In this document: positions 1 to 14,165 of the stretch, piece after piece | Layout: every line of letters starts with the position of its first letter | Position numbering within the stretch: position 1 is the stretch's first letter | NCBI GenBank assembly: GCA_034780895.1 | Contig: JAUZTB010000064.1 | Coordinates: forward strand, 117,542,520 to 117,606,519 | Direction: 5' to 3' | DNA length: 64,000 bases | From: Rhynchobatus australiae | Taxonomy: Eukaryota | The notes under the pieces: generated by a model | The model's database searches: none | What the model saw: only the letters and a program-made list of their open reading frames with translations | What the model was told of the DNA's origin: nothing | Program-made: the position numbers and the translations under genes

Positions 1-774
1 CTTAAAAATTATTGCTGGTGATATAAACAAGCATGCTTGAGTTTATATGACTTTCTCTGCTGTTTTAATAGAGCATTAACCTGTTTAAAGGAATGTTTAA
101 CCAATTCCATTAAAGTTGCAAGGTGTGAAATATCATTAGTAAATTAGCATTAAGTATTAATCACTGATATCACTAATGGTAATGTCTAGATTTATATATG
201 TTGTTGCATTGCACCTTCTGGAAAACATTTTGCCAAGAATGTATGCCCAGATCTTGTTGAAAAATAGTGGAGTTTAATGATGCCTATCGTTATTGTCGTG
301 TAAATCTTCAGCAACTTGTGGGAAAACCATATTAGAAATTGTCATGCACTTGGATAGATTGGGTAACTTAGCTGTTAGCTTTGTCAAATGAGAGCTCACC
401 CTCAATCTCCCTGTGAGATTAATGAAATTGTTGTATTTGGAAATTAATTGCCAATTAAATTTGCTGCAGGAAATTGGGTCTGCAAGATAACACTGTAAGT
501 GAAGGGATTAATGTTCCTGCAATTCCATTCAACCTCTGCAGTCCAGGAAAAGTACAATTCAAACTGTGGAGCTTCCTTTCTGAATTATTCCTTGATTTTA
601 TGAAATTGGTCTTTTTCTGAAAAATCTTTCTTTTCACTTGTAATCCAAATCTATCTTTTCCTCCTTATTTCTCTGAATGCAGTAATTTAATTCTAATTCC
701 ATCTATTTCCTTATCTTTCATTCTAGTTTCTTTTCCAACCCTTAAATCTTAGTGGTTGGTGAGATTTATTTCAA

Positions 775-905
775 AAAGCAACAAAAAATGCAGAGACCAG
801 AAATCCAGTAACTAAAAGTGAAAATGTTGGTGATACTGAGCAGATCAAGCAAAGGAGAGAGAAACAGAGTTAATGTTTCGGGTCATTGGTCTTTCATCGG
901 ATTAT
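775..905 (-). repeat. Penelope-like 3' tail (pLTR) fragment
   Basis: Same family as other GCAGATGCTGGAAAT...CTCAGC...GTTTCGGGTC copies in the window; decayed hammerhead core on the - strand. Confidence 0.55.
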
Positions 906-3239
906 TTTGTCTTCCTTTAAGGTCTGTGGTTCTCTTTGTGCTTTTCCCATTTTCTTGGACTTATAGTGGAAAGGCATTTTTGAACTGAAGGGAAGACCAC
1001 CTAGCATAGTTTCTGACAGATAATTGACTTATGAAATCAGGTTAGCAGTGTATATAAATCAAAAACAGCAATAGTTGGCTCCCCTCAGTGGTTTAGTAAG
1101 TACATTGCGCTGAACCTTTAGAAAAAATACTCTAAGTTGGATGGAAGTAGGGTCACTACAGTTTTGCCTCAGTGCCTCTGGGCTGAGGGGAATGAACTGA
1201 AGTTTTTAATTCCTTGCTGTTATTTTATAAACACATCCACCTGGAACCTGTGTGCACAAATGAACATGCATGTTAGGAGCAAGAGTTGGTCATTTACTTT
1301 CTTGAACATTGTTCACCATTTAGTAAGATCATGACTGATCTGATTTGTAACCTCAACATTTCAGTCCAGCTACGGCAACCTTTCACCCATTCTTGCTCAT
1401 TAAGAATCTACCTCTGCCATAAAAAATATTCAGCATCTGCAGTCTTGAGGACAAGGGGAGCATATGATTGATGTCAACAACTGGTAAATAGCTCCCTGTT
1501 CTCCCAGAAGTCCATATGGGTGAAGTATCAAGCTGAATGGTGCCCATAAAGCTNNNNNNNNNNNNNNNNNNNNNNNNNNNNNNNNNNNNNAAGGGAATAA
1601 ATAGCACTGATTGTTCCTTTTGATTTGACTGCTTTAATATGGCAAAATTATTAGGCTGTATTTAGAAGGTGTTTTGCAAAGCAAAAGCAGCAATGGAATG
1701 ATTGATGCAACATCGGGAACAGAAAAAGATGGAATGTAAATAATTGGTTTATTATTGTTACATGCACTAAGGTACAGTGGAAAAACTTTGTTTTGCATGC
1801 CATCCATACAGGTCATTTCACAATATCTTCAGCCAGCTTTGTACAAAATGCTACAGGGCTCCAACATTGTTTGGGGTATCAAGTTTCTAATTGGAACTAC
1901 CATGCGGGAAGAAGATCTGTGTTCAGTAGAATTCAATGTGTCAAGCTTCTTAAAAAAAACAAGTGAGTCTTCATGCAGAATGTATGATTTTATTTAGGTC
2001 TGTGAGTCAATAAAAATGGGTTGTATCCAGTTTGTAGCAAAGTTAAGGCCATCTAAAAACATTGAGCATGGATCATTTCTAGATGTGATTAACCTGACCA
2101 TTCTCTTGTGCCTCCTTGTCATAATGTTGACTCCACATCATTAACAATTGAAGAAGGATGAGCCATTGCAATGGGGGAGAAAAAGATAAGCAAAAGGCAA
2201 ATGATCAGTGCAAGATAGTCTTGTCCGTGAGTTTCTCTTGGCTATGGATTTAGGACAGCAAGTAACCACGTCATAGGCAGTGGTTTCTGGTTGCCTCTAC
2301 ATGGTGACACTGGAACAGCTTGGCTGGGGAGCAGCTAGTTCCTGTGTATAAATCTTTAGTACTGCAGTTGGATTATTGTCAGGTTCCAACATATTGGTTT
2401 GTTCAGTGCAACTAGCTAATTTATAAATATGTGCATTATGATAAGATCCTTTTGATTGCTGGCTTGGCAGTTTTGATTGAAAACGTGAGAAAACACTGCA
2501 TCCTCGTCTGTATGCTGAACACCATTATGGTGGAGGATATTTATTGAGTTTCCCCCTCATTGTTATTTGATTATCCACGTGCACTTTTGACATGATAAAG
2601 TAAGACTACAATGTTTTGGCCAGTTGGTTTGACTGCTCCATCTCTGCTTTTAGTGTTTATGTTTAACCCTATGTTGTGTCTCCTGTAGATTAATTTTCAA
2701 GTCCATAGTATCCATGATAATGCTTTTGGTATACCTTCTGTACTCATTACACTAGCATTGGCCTTCTGGCTTGATGGTGACTAACGAGTCAGAGATACTG
2801 GTCCATGAAATTACAAACAAGCGATATACATTTCTGCTGCGCATCTCACGGGACTTGATACATAGCTAGTTTTGGACTGCTGGATATGTCTTAAATAGGC
2901 AGTTTAGCACTGTTAATGTATTAGTGTTGTGATTATACAAAGTAATTTATTTAGCTTGTAATACTTACTGTATGTCATCTCTTAAGTATCTAATTTATCC
3001 ATGCCTCTAGTCATTTTCTTAAATCCTGGGTTCCAACGTTTAAAAATGTAGTAAATTATTTGCAGTAAGTTATTGATATCACTGCAATTAAAATGATTAA
3101 TTAAGTTCCTGAGCTCCTGCATGGCTCAATTAGTTTGGAAAAGCTTCTGAATGCAAGTTAACAAGAGCTGTAAGAAGATTGTATGTTAAAATCTAAGGTA
3201 AAACAACATAACCAATTGAAATTGCACATAGGTGCTTTG

Positions 3240-3640
3240 AGCATAAGAGCATAAAAAAAGGAACAGGAATAGGCTATTTGGCCCCTCTAACCTGCCCCAT
3301 CATTCAATACTATCATGGCTGTTCTGCTCAGGCACCATCTCCTTTCTGTGCCAGAGTCCTAAGTTTCACAATCGTTCAAATATTTATCTAATTCCTTTTT
3401 AAATACCCCAATGATCCAGACTCCACAATACCCTAAGGTAGAGAATTCCAAAGGTTCGCCATGCTCTGTGAGAATAAATTCCTATGTACTTCAATTTTAA
3501 ATGTACACCCCTTAATCTTGTGACTATGACCCCAGGTTCGAGACTCTCTCACTAGTGCTCACATCTTGATATCTACGCTATCATTCTCCTCAGGATCTTA
3601 TATATTTCAATTAGATCACCTACCCATTCTTCTCATTCCA
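3240..3640 (-). mobile_element. CR1-type LINE 3' fragment, decayed
   Basis: Reverse-strand CR1 3' end: ggaacaggaataggc...cccatcattcaat...agagaattccaaagg...tgtgagaataaattcc. Confidence 0.7.
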
Positions 3641-3654
3641 TTAACCACCATCTC

Positions 3655-3835
3655 TTTTTGTCAGAGTTCTGATGAAGGGCTTCAACTTGAACTGTCAACT
3701 TGAGTGCTGATAAAGATGCTTTGACTTGAAACATTAACTGTTTCTCTTTGCACAGATGCTGCCTGACCTACTGAGTGTTTCCAGCATTTTCTGTTTTTAT
3801 TTCACATTTCCAGCAATTGCAGTTTTGTTCTGATT
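3655..3835 (+). repeat. Penelope-like 3' tail with two tandem decayed hammerhead cores
   Basis: CTGATGA...GAAC-TGTC, then CTGATAA...GAAAC-ATT, followed by cacagatgctgcctgacc...ccagca. Confidence 0.65.
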
Positions 3836-6174
3836 TCCATAAACATTTCTACTCTTGAAACAACAAAACAAAATCAATCTGGTGGTTGGAGGCTTGTAAA
3901 TTGAACATCTGATAAGGACAAAATATTTCAGGTTCCAATTAGATGGAGTCATAGAGTCATACAGCACCAATACAGGCCTCTTGGTTCATCATGTCTGTGC
4001 TAATCATCATGTAATCATCTACACTAATCCTATTTACCAGCATTTGGTCTGTAGCCTTCTATNNNNNNNNNNNNNNNNNNNNNNNNNNNNNNNNNNNNNN
4101 NNNNNNNNNNNNNNNNNNNNNNNNNNNNNNNNNNNNNNNNNNNNNNNNNNNNNNNNNNNNNNATTTCTAGTTGCTCTCTGATTGAAGTGTCTAAATCAGA
4201 GAGCTATCAAGGAAGGTTGCATAAATAAATGCTTGACATAAGAACACCAAGGAGTGGGAGGAGGCTATAAGCACATGTAGCAATTGCTCTGCCGTTCTAT
4301 AAGATCTCTCGTTTCCTTTCATTGCACTGTTGTCTTTTTGCTAAGATACCCAACCTATCCTCTTCTGTTTGGAGATGCTGTACCTTTCATGATTTGCATT
4401 CCTATCCAGGTTTGTGTCATCAGCAAACTATTATACATTATACACTGGATCTTTCAAAGTCAGTAATGTAGGTTGCAAATTGCTGAGACGTTAGCACTTA
4501 TCCTGTGGCACCCCACAAGTTACAGCTTTTTGCTTCACTGATCGCACTGTGTCACAAAACTTTATTGGAGTATAGCAAGCTATATTCCTGATGGATTTGC
4601 ACCAACCACTTGGGACCAGCTGCAAGTAACTTTTTTCAGCTAGGACTTGTGGCAAGGACAGCTATCACCAGGGAAGCAAGTTGGATGGCAGGTGATCAGA
4701 ATCTAGGCAATGAAGGTGGTCAAAGAGCATTGGCCAGAAACATGTGGTGCCTTTTCCATGGTACACCATTAGCACCACTTGAGGACTTGGCATTCTGGGA
4801 TTCCCAGACAATCTGGGAGTGTTGGCAATCTAAATGGGTAATTGTAATTGCTGTGAGTCTCTAGCTGCAACATAATCTGCACTCTGAAGGTAGAGGGAGT
4901 TATTAGGATACCAACTATATTGGGCCGAAGGGCCTGAATTGTGCTGTTGGTTTTTCTATGTTTCTATATTGATAAGCTATGGCCAAATTGTACATTGGTA
5001 GTTGAAATATTTCGAAAAGCATTTCTACAATTCTGCCTGCAGGTTCTAGTGTTCATTAAAATTTCAAGATGACATTTAAAAAAAATGTATATTTAAACTT
5101 TCAAAAAAAAACACCTTGCCATTAACATGTTGCCAACTTGTGACCAGAAAATGATTGGTGTGATGTCTACTTTGCTATGTAAGCAGAGTTGCCACTGAAA
5201 GCTACCTCTAAAATATGTGACATAAGATCTTCCGAGGCAACAGTGTGACCAATTTAGCACCTAATGTTGAAAATGGGTCTGGAGGCATCCTATCTTGCAA
5301 TGCTCTCAGGTGGATGCAGGGTAATGTTTTACTTTTGTCATCTGTTTCGTTTGGATCAGGAGTACTTACTGCATGTGTTTACCAAAGTTAGTTTCCCAAT
5401 TTCATTGACCAAAACATGTTGCTGAATGGTTTGGGATTTGGTGGAATCAGTTTGCAAAGCTGACATAGTGCAAGCTGACATAGCCAAGTGCAGAGTTATG
5501 CGGAGCATAATTGGCAGGCATGGGTTGGTTGCCCACAATCTTCATCCTTGCTCACCTGTCCTTGTGTCTGGATGTATAAGGCCTTTCCTGGTAACCCAGA
5601 GTTATCAGATTCCAGAAGCAGGATCTTGAATGGTGAAGTCCTGTCTCTGAAATGGCCCAGAAGGCTTTGACAGTTGCTTTTTAAATATTTTGGAGTCCTT
5701 TAAAAGCCATTCAAAGTAATTTTTTTAAAGGTATCAGTTAAACTGCTTACAATTAACAGCATTAAACAGAAGTAATTGGCTTCCTTTTCCTTCCTTTCCT
5801 ATAGCCCCATTGAAATCAGTAGCATCACTGATCTTGTAGAGATGGCACCTGGCATACAATGCAAGACCTGAAACCTCAGCATAAGTGTTAGGGAAGCTCA
5901 TAAAGATTGAGTTCTGCCATATCACAGGGCAGTCTGCACCTTATCAACCATATTCATTCCCAAAACCTGATGCATCTATAAAATGCATTGCAGTTTCTTG
6001 CATAGGCTCCTCCAAGAGCACCTCTCAAACCTGCGACCTCTGCCACCCAGAGGGGCAAGGGCCATGGGTACAAGGGACCTCCATGGCTACATGTTCCCTT
6101 CAAGTTGCACACCATTCTGATTTGGAAATGTGATGCTGATCCCTCATTGTCTTTGGAGCTAGGGACCCAGAACA

Positions 6175-6575
6175 TGGGTTGAGCGAGCTAGGGCTTTTCG
6201 CTTTGGAGAGGAGGAAGATGAGAAGTGACTTGATAGAGGTGCATAAGAGGCATAGGTCGAGTGGACATTCAGAGACTTTTTCCCCGGTGACAGTAGCTAA
6301 CACAAGGGGACATAATTTTAAGGTGATTGGAGGAACGTATAAGGGGGATGTCAGGGGTAAGTTTTTTTTACACAGAGAGTGGTGGGTGCGTGAAACACAC
6401 TGCTGGCAGAGGTTGTGGGGGAACACACATTAGGGACATTCAAGAGACTCTTAGATAGCCACATGAATGATAAAGAAATTTGTGGCTCTGTGGGAGTGGA
6501 GGGTTAGGTAGATCTTAGCGCAGGATAAAATGTTGGCACAACATTGTGGGCCGAAGGGTCTGTACTGTGCTCTAA
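6175..6575 (+). mobile_element. CR1 LINE 3' end (ORF2 C-terminus plus 3'UTR)
   Basis: ORF 6179-6433 LSELGLFALERRKMRSDLIEV...TRGHNFKVIGG...GDVRGKFF is a typical CR1 ORF2 C-terminus. Tail gtgggccgaaggg..tgtactgtgct. Confidence 0.9.
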
Positions 6576-6679
6576 TCATGTTTGACTATTCTACTGGAGT
6601 AATGAGGATAAGGTTTATCAAACAGGAAAGTACACATGGTATATTTTGGATTTTCAGGCTTTTAGAATATAGCACATCA

Positions 6680-6920
6680 CATTAGCACTTATAGTACAGC
6701 ACAGGAACAGGCCCTTTGGTCCACAATGTTGTGTTGAACCAATTACATTCGTAATAAAATGCCCAACTAAACTATTCCCTTCTGCCTACACAATGTCCAT
6801 ATCCTACCATTTCCCTCACATCTTACAGCTTCTTGAAATTATTGTATTTGCCTTTGCCACCACCCCTGGCAGCGCATTCCAGTTCCCACCACTCTGTGTA
6901 AAAGAAAACTTGGCCCCTAT
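6680..6920 (-). mobile_element. CR1 LINE 3'UTR fragment
   Basis: agtacagcacaggaacaggccc... is the reverse complement of the CR1 tail at about 6545. Confidence 0.75.
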
Positions 6921-6929
6921 CAAAAGATA

Positions 6930-8255
6930 TTAGCAATACATTGAGAACTGTTTATCAGTTCAACAGCAAAGAATGGCAGTAAGCAGATCTTTCTCAGGTT
7001 GGCAGGCTTTATCTAGTGAGGTACTGCAAGAAATGCTCCATCGGTCCCAGTTTTTCCACAATCTACATCAGCAATTTAATGGATGTCATATTTCCAAGCT
7101 GGCTGACAACACAAAACCAGATTGGATTGCATGTGTTCATGCATGCATGCATGATGATGAAGGTCATAAGCTCAAAGCAGTGTCTGTGAGCAAGAACATG
7201 GCAGATGAAATGTGGAAAAATGAGGTTATACACTTCATTGCACAAAATGTAAAAGTAGTAAACATTTAAATGGTGACAGATTGGGAGATATTGACACTTA
7301 AGGGATCGAGGTACTGTTGTACTCAAGTCACTGAAAGCTGACACGCAAGAGCAGCAAGCAATTATTATGAGGGAACCTGAGAACAAAAAGTTGAGTAAAA
7401 ATGTCTTGCTGCACTACACAATGCCTTGGCACAACTGCAGTTGGAATATTGTGTAGAGTTTTGGTTTTCTTTCCTGAAAAGCACATAATTGTCATAGAGG
7501 AAGCATAATGAAGATTCACTATCCATAACACCCCCAACCTTCGTGCCATCCGCAAACTTGTTTGGTAACTGGTAAAACATTATTCACTGTATGAGGAAAG
7601 GGTGAGCAGACTTAATCTCAATTCTGTAGTGTTCAGAAGAATGACAGGTGATCTTGCTGAAACTTACACAATTCTCATAGAGCTCAACCAGGTAAATGCA
7701 GAGAAGGTGTTTCTCTTGGTTGTGAAAACTAAGTCCAAGGGTACAGTTTCAGACTAATTGGTAGGCAATTAGGACTGAAATGCAGAGAAATTTCTTCACT
7801 TGGAGGATAGTGAATCTTTAGAATTTTCTACCCCAGAGGACTGTGGAACCACAGTCATTGAATACATTGAAAACAGAGATTAATAGATTTCTCGATTACG
7901 GAACTGAAGGGATATGGGAAAAGTCAGGAAGATGGACTGAGGTAGACGATCAGCCATGAACTTATTGAATGATGGAGCAAGCTCAAACGGCAAATGGCCT
8001 ACTCTTGCTCATAGAGAGAACAGTAGATGTAGTGTATATGGATTTCAGCAAGGCATTTGATAANNNNNNNNNNNNNNNNNNNNNNNNNNNNNNNNNNNNN
8101 NNNNNNNNNNNNNNNNNNNNNNNNNNNNNNNNNNNNNNNNNNNNNNNNNNNNNNNNNNNNNNNGGGAAGGGTTAGATAGATCTTAGAGCAAGATAAAATG
8201 TCGGCACAACATTGTGGGCCAAAGGGCCTGTACTGTGCTGCAGTGTTCTATGTAA
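6930..8255 (+). mobile_element. Decayed CR1 RT fragment(s) with a younger CR1 piece spanning the gap
   Basis: Remnants ISKLADNTK (RT ADD motif), LEYCV, and VDVVYMDFSKAFD before the gap; CR1 tail after the gap. Confidence 0.8.
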
Positions 8256-9197
8256 CACAAAAAATGAAAAGGAGAAAAAGAAAACTACTGTATGTGAAAT
8301 TTAGCAGCAAGGAAAATTGAAATAAATGGTGTCAACCATTATTCAGTCTCTTTGGGACTTCTGTGCAAGGTCCTGAACTTATGACACTTGGGTAAATGCT
8401 GCTTCTTTCTTTAGGAAACAATAGGGTTTGCCCGCAAAATCTGGGGCAGTAGCTTTTCAAAATGCCAATTTTCATTTGGTTTATTTACCACATTTCTGGA
8501 GTAAGTGCTCTTCCAGTCTTTTAGCCAGATAATTAATTTTCAATAAAGCTCCAAGGAATTCTTCTCAGAGGCTGTCAACAAATAATATGTTGAAACTCTT
8601 CCTAAATGCATTTGATTATTGATCTACTTTGAGGTGAAACTAAACATAGTAAAATACAATATCTTTTTGAGAACATTTTTTTAAAAAAAACTTGGACATA
8701 AATGCTGTATCAAATCATGATACCCTTTCCTTCAGTAACAATGTTCAATTATTTTCTACATTTTTGAAATTAAATCGCACAGAAAGGCATGGGTTAATTA
8801 GGCTAAGGAACCTTCCAGATCAGCTTTGTCAGAAACACTGAATTATTAGAAAAACAGGATATAATGGAAATATATAATGTCAATCAACTTCAGCAAGGCC
8901 AAGCTATCTTAGTTATGTAACAGTTCTTAGATGGGTGGATAATCTGCCGAGCTATGTAATGAGGAAATATGGACATTTCGGAGAGGGTAAAGAAAAATGA
9001 GGAAGATGTCAAAAGTATAAGTGTACCAACTATCCAAAATTTAATCATCTTCTGAACCAGGCTCAGACATTTTGGCTTTGTTTTTAGCTTTATTTTAGCT
9101 TTTAGGATTCTTTGTTTGATTTTGTCAATGTTGAATTATTAATCCATTAAAAGGCATCACATTTTGCTGCTTTCTTGTCACAGCCTTTATAATCCTA

Positions 9198-9330
9198 GAG
9201 AAACAAAGGACTGCAATTCTGGAATATCTAGATGACAAACACTACGATACTGGAGGAACTCAGCAGGCCAGGCAACATCTATGGAGAAAAGCAGGTGGTC
9301 AACATTTTGGGTCAGGACCCTTGCAAAACT
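9198..9330 (-). repeat. Penelope-like 3' tail fragment
   Basis: gactgcaattctggaat...ctggaggaactcagcaggccaggcaacatctatggag. Confidence 0.7.
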
Positions 9331-9834
9331 GTTTGCATAAGCATTTTTTTTAAGTTCACAAACCCAAGATAGTCTTGGTTTCATTTCTTTTAATTTCAGA
9401 GTTTATGCAAACGGTTATTAAAGGCCACTCTTTTGTTTGTTGATTTTAAAAATTTGATTTGTTTGGAATCTATTCCAGCAGAGATCATCTGGTGTAAGTT
9501 ATTCAGGGTTATCCAGAACCTCTGTCTATCCTCCACTGAAGTTAGAGCAGATTATTGGGGGAAAATGCAAAAGGAATGTTCAACCAACCTTTCTCCTTTT
9601 TTGTACTTTATTTGTGGGTTCCTTTGAGTAAGTAACAATGCTTAATAGACAAGGAATACCCAAAGAAATTCTTGGCGTCTTCAGATTTTTTTTAAAAGAT
9701 TGTGTATATAACATATAGTTACATGGCATCATTATGNNNNNNNNNNTATGGAAAAGTGAATTGAAATGTTATATCACTGGAGAAGGAAAAATAGACAGCT
9801 TTCAAGAAATAGAAAATGGTTCAGAAATATGACT

Positions 9835-10380
9835 AGAATCATAAAATCATCGAAAATTTACAACACTGGAAAAAGCCATTCAGCCCATCTTGTCTGTGCT
9901 GGACAAAAGAGAGCTAATGTGTTAATCCTCCTTTCCAGTACAGGTCTATGGTCTGTAGGCCAAGTGTACATCCATGTACTTTCTCAATATGTTGNNNNNN
10001 NNNNNNNNNNNNNTTTTTTCAGGCAGGGCATTTCCCGATCCTCACCAACCCTAGTGAAGAAAAGTTCCTTATCTCCTGCTGATCCTACTAATTGCCTTTA
10101 AACCTGTCTTTGGTGGTGGTTGGTCCCTTTGCCAAGGAAAGTAGATCTTTCCTATTTATTCTGCCTCGGTCCCTCAAAATGTTATACCTAATTCAAGCTT
10201 CCCCTGTTCCAAAGAAAGGTGCCTCAATCTGTCAATGCTTTGTCCTAGCTAAAATCTTCCAGTCCTGGCAACATTCTTGTAAATCTCCACTGTACTCTTT
10301 TCCACTGCAGTCAATCTTTCCTAAAATGTAGTGAACAGAACTTTCTGCTGTACTGTAGCTGGGGTATGGGTGAAGGTACA
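9835..10380 (-). mobile_element. Decayed CR1 LINE 3' fragment
   Basis: Reverse-strand CR1 3' region (cattcagccc..., tcctggcaacattcttgtaaatctcc, cagaactttctgctgtactgtagc). Confidence 0.65.
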
Positions 10381-13300
10381 TGTTTTGAGGAGATTCTTGA
10401 AGGTGGGTTGAAACATACAGTTGAGAGTGCTGTGGCTATAATGGGTGATATTGGATTGTGCACAGTAATGCAGATTTGGAAGAGTGGAGGTAGAAAATAG
10501 GATGTAGGTCTGCTGGAAGATGAGACCGTGAAGTTGAGTAATACCATTTGGGTGTTTGCAATTGAGGCTGAAAATTTTGAAAATAATGCAATGGATGTGA
10601 AGAACCACTACAAATCAGTAAGAACAGTAGTGACTGAAACTTGGTGCATGCAAAGAGTAGGGAAGAGAAAGATCTTCTAGAATTCCTGAATTTCCATGCT
10701 ATATCTTGGAATAACCTGCCAACATATCATCAAGTCTCTACATACATCAACATGGATATTTTACTAGGTGTCAGCAGGTGCCATGGAATACACTGTATAA
10801 GTATGCATTGGTCTCAACAGGAAAGTTTGGGGTGCAAATATTGGCTAGAAAATCCTATTTTGGTTTTGCACTTCGGTTGAAGAGGCAGAAAAATAAATAA
10901 ATAATATGACTCATTAAATAGCTCTAGATACAGCATAATTCCTAGTACTGGAGAGAGATGCTTCTTTCCAATAGAGCTGATGGCAGTATCTATGTAATGC
11001 TCAGCATTTTATGGTTTGTTTTTAAGTTCCTTTTGTGACTTATGCCATTTTTCAATGTTGCAACATTTGGCCTGTTAATTGGTTTGAGACAGTCACAGAA
11101 CTAATATTGTGAATGACTAGCTTTAAACTGAATGAGTTTTCACGTATTAAACATATTGGAGCAGAACTTGATGCTGGCAGATGTTCTGTAGGTGAAGGAT
11201 GAAGGTGCCAAGTTCCACTTGATCTTTCTTGAAAGGTGCATAATAGATGGCCAAACATTCACCAGTTCTCTCCCCTGACTAGGGCAGAAAATCTCCAACA
11301 TCCTTCATCTCCGACCTCCCTCTTGCTTAAATATCAAAGCAATAGATTCCTGAAGAATCTAATAAGCATTTTACCGCAAATACTCCATGTTACATCTTCA
11401 TTGCTTTGAAGAAAACTTGACATCTGTTTATAGCACTTTTGTGGAACTAAATAAAACTCACTCAACAGAAGTACAGAAGTTGTATTTATTCTCACATGTC
11501 TTCCATGCATTCTTGCAGTTTACTTAGTGATCATTTCAGGTGAAGTTGTGCCCTTCATGAAATTGGACTGGATATTTCTGTGTGCATTTGACCACAGCAT
11601 GCCCCGATGTTTGTCCTATTTCAGTCACCCACTGAATAATGTCACAAGTCATACATAGAACATAGAACAGTACAGCACAGGAAATGTACAGTGCAGAAAC
11701 AGGCACTCAGCCCACCAAGTCTGCACCTACCATGATAAGATTTCTTTATTAGTCACATGCACATCGAAACACACAGTGAAATGCACCTTTTGCATNNNNN
11801 NNNNNNNNNNNNNNNNNNNNNNNNNNNNNNNNNNNNNNNNNNNNNNNNNNNNNNNNNNNNNNNNNNNNNNNNNNNNNNNNNNNNNNNNNNNNNNNGGTGC
11901 CAAGTTCCACTTGATCTTTCTTGAAAGTAGAATCCACAGACAGACTCATTACTTCTGAGGCCACTTCTACCCAATTGGAAGTACAAATCCTTCATATCTG
12001 TAGCACTTTGTTCACTGGATCTTTAAAAAAAAAATGAATGCAACTTGTTAACAAAGGACAACATACATATAGTGGTTATAGTGAGTGAATTCAACTGCAA
12101 ATCCCACTTCCCATCAACTGTGCTATAAACTTCAATTACTGCTCAATTCACTCATCACTTACTGGGCAATCTTTATTAATCAGGACTCGTAAGTAGCATT
12201 TATTTGAATGTCTCATCCCACCCTTGCACAGTAAAGGCTGCTTTAAGTTTTGTACAAAGATCTGCCAATGCACACAAGCTGCCAACTATTCAACCATAGT
12301 TGTCAAGTCACCAAAGTACATTGCACTGGACCTGCTTGCCTACTTTGCCATGTCTAACGGTACAGAGTAATACAAGAGCTAATTGGGGGAACATTACCAG
12401 TGCTTGTTGTTATTGGGATGCCTTAGATCTCTGGAGCTAAAGCCTCATAAATAATAGTCCTCCTCTCATCCCACATTGTCCACACTCTGATTTACAAGCT
12501 CCAAATCATGTTAGAGTGCTCCTTTAAATTTCCAGCTCTCACCTTTCAGAGAATAAAGAACTATGTCCTAGCCAGGCACAGGAACAGCAATGTAATGATG
12601 AAGAGACAAAGTCAATTAATTTTTGCAGTTGTAAAAGGCTCGGACACTGATGCTGTGTAGAATTTAGAGGGTGGAACTGAAGCAAGGTCTATATGTGGTG
12701 AGGCAGCAAGCCTAAGTGGCTTGTGGTCAAGGGTGGGGGTAAAGATTGCTTTGGTGCCATTTTGATCTAGTGCATTACATATAGGAAAACCATCTGAGGG
12801 TTCGGGACTGACCCATGCACCCAGCCTCTGACTTGGTTTTTAAGTTGCACTGTTTGTCTGGCTAATCCTGTTCCGCTTCTGCTTGAGGTAGTCTGAGGAT
12901 ATTAATGGTAAAGCAGTGGATAATTTTAAAACCATTGGATGGCAAGGGAGGATGGTTAGGATCTCTCAGTGGAGATGGTCTTGCCTGCCACTTCCGTGAT
13001 GGGAGAGTTACTTGCTAATTTTCAACCAAAATTTCAGTGTTACTATTGTGTTGATATTGACATTCTCATTACCCGGGGAATGGTGAATGAATTTTCACAC
13101 TTCATCACTAGAAGTTAGAAAATTGCAGTAAAACTGACAGGTGAAGAATTGTGCTTTTTGAACTTATTTATGGAATATGACATTGCTACAGTTATTGTCT
13201 CACTTATTATTTTTATTGCTACATTTATTGTCCATCCAGAAAGAGGGTAGTGGTGAGTAGTCTTGAACTGTTACTGTCCTTCTAGTGAAGGTACTCAGGA

Positions 13301-13439
13301 ATTGTGGTATTTTGAACCCGTGATAAAAGAATAGACATGCTTTGAAGCAGAACGACGTGTGACGTGAAGGAGAAGCTGCATGTGTTGGTGTTCCAACCTG
13401 TCATTGAATTGAACATTGTCTGATAACATTTTAAGCTTC

Positions 13440-14165
13440 GAGACACAAGAGACTTCAGATACTGGGATCTGGGGCAAAGCACATGTTGCTGGTCAGGCAG
13501 CATCTGTGGAGTCAAAGGGATAGTTGATGTTTCCGGTTGAGACCCTGCATTAGATCTGAGTGTAAGGGGAGGTGGCCAGTATGAAGAGGGGAGGGGGAGA
13601 GGTTGCAGGAGCTGGCAACTGATAGGTGGATCCAGGTGAGGAGGGGGGTTGATGAGCAGATGGAGCCAGATAGGGGAGGGAGGGGTGGAGATCATGACAT
13701 AGGCAAGGAGGTGATAGTGGAAGAAACAAACGGCTGCAGATTATGGAATCGGATTAGAAAGGGAGGTGGTGAGTGGAAGCAGATAAGGGAGAGATGCTGG
13801 GCAGATGGGAACAGTGGGGGGAGGGAAGAGGAGCGGATAGAGGCCAAGTGGGTGGAGTGTGTGGACGATAGGCTGTCCAGGTGGGGGAAGGGAAAGAAAC
13901 TAGGAAACTGGGGGGTGGTTTGAAAAGAAGGGTGTGTCTGACAGGACCTGGGCAGAGGAGAGAAAGAAACAAAGAGGGGGGGGGTGTGGGTTATTTGAAA
14001 CTGGAGAATTCAATGTTCATGTCGTTGGGCTGTAGACTACTCAGACAGAATATGAGGTGCTGTTCCTCCGGTTTGTGTTTGGCCAAACCCTGGGAGTGGA
14101 GGAGGCTGAGGACAGACAGATTGGTGTGGGAGCAGGTAGGGGAGTTGAAATAGTTTGCAACTGGG
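13440..14165 (-). mobile_element. Penelope-like element 3' end (GIY-YIG endonuclease C-terminus plus pLTR tail)
   Basis: - strand ORF ends PVANYFNSPTCSHTNLSVLSLLHSQGLAKHKPEEQHLIFCLSSLQPNDMNIEFSSFK*, typical of the elasmobranch Penelope C-terminus, followed by the tail repeat. Confidence 0.85.

Noticed and set aside
1755-1997. ORF with C2-like SVEFNVSSFLKK as the missing upstream exon
   Set aside because: No matching acceptor and lacks the expected FLG and C-terminal LxLxL residues.
13282-14153. Cluster of overlapping ORFs
   Set aside because: Low-complexity G/A-rich Penelope 3' region read in off-frames.
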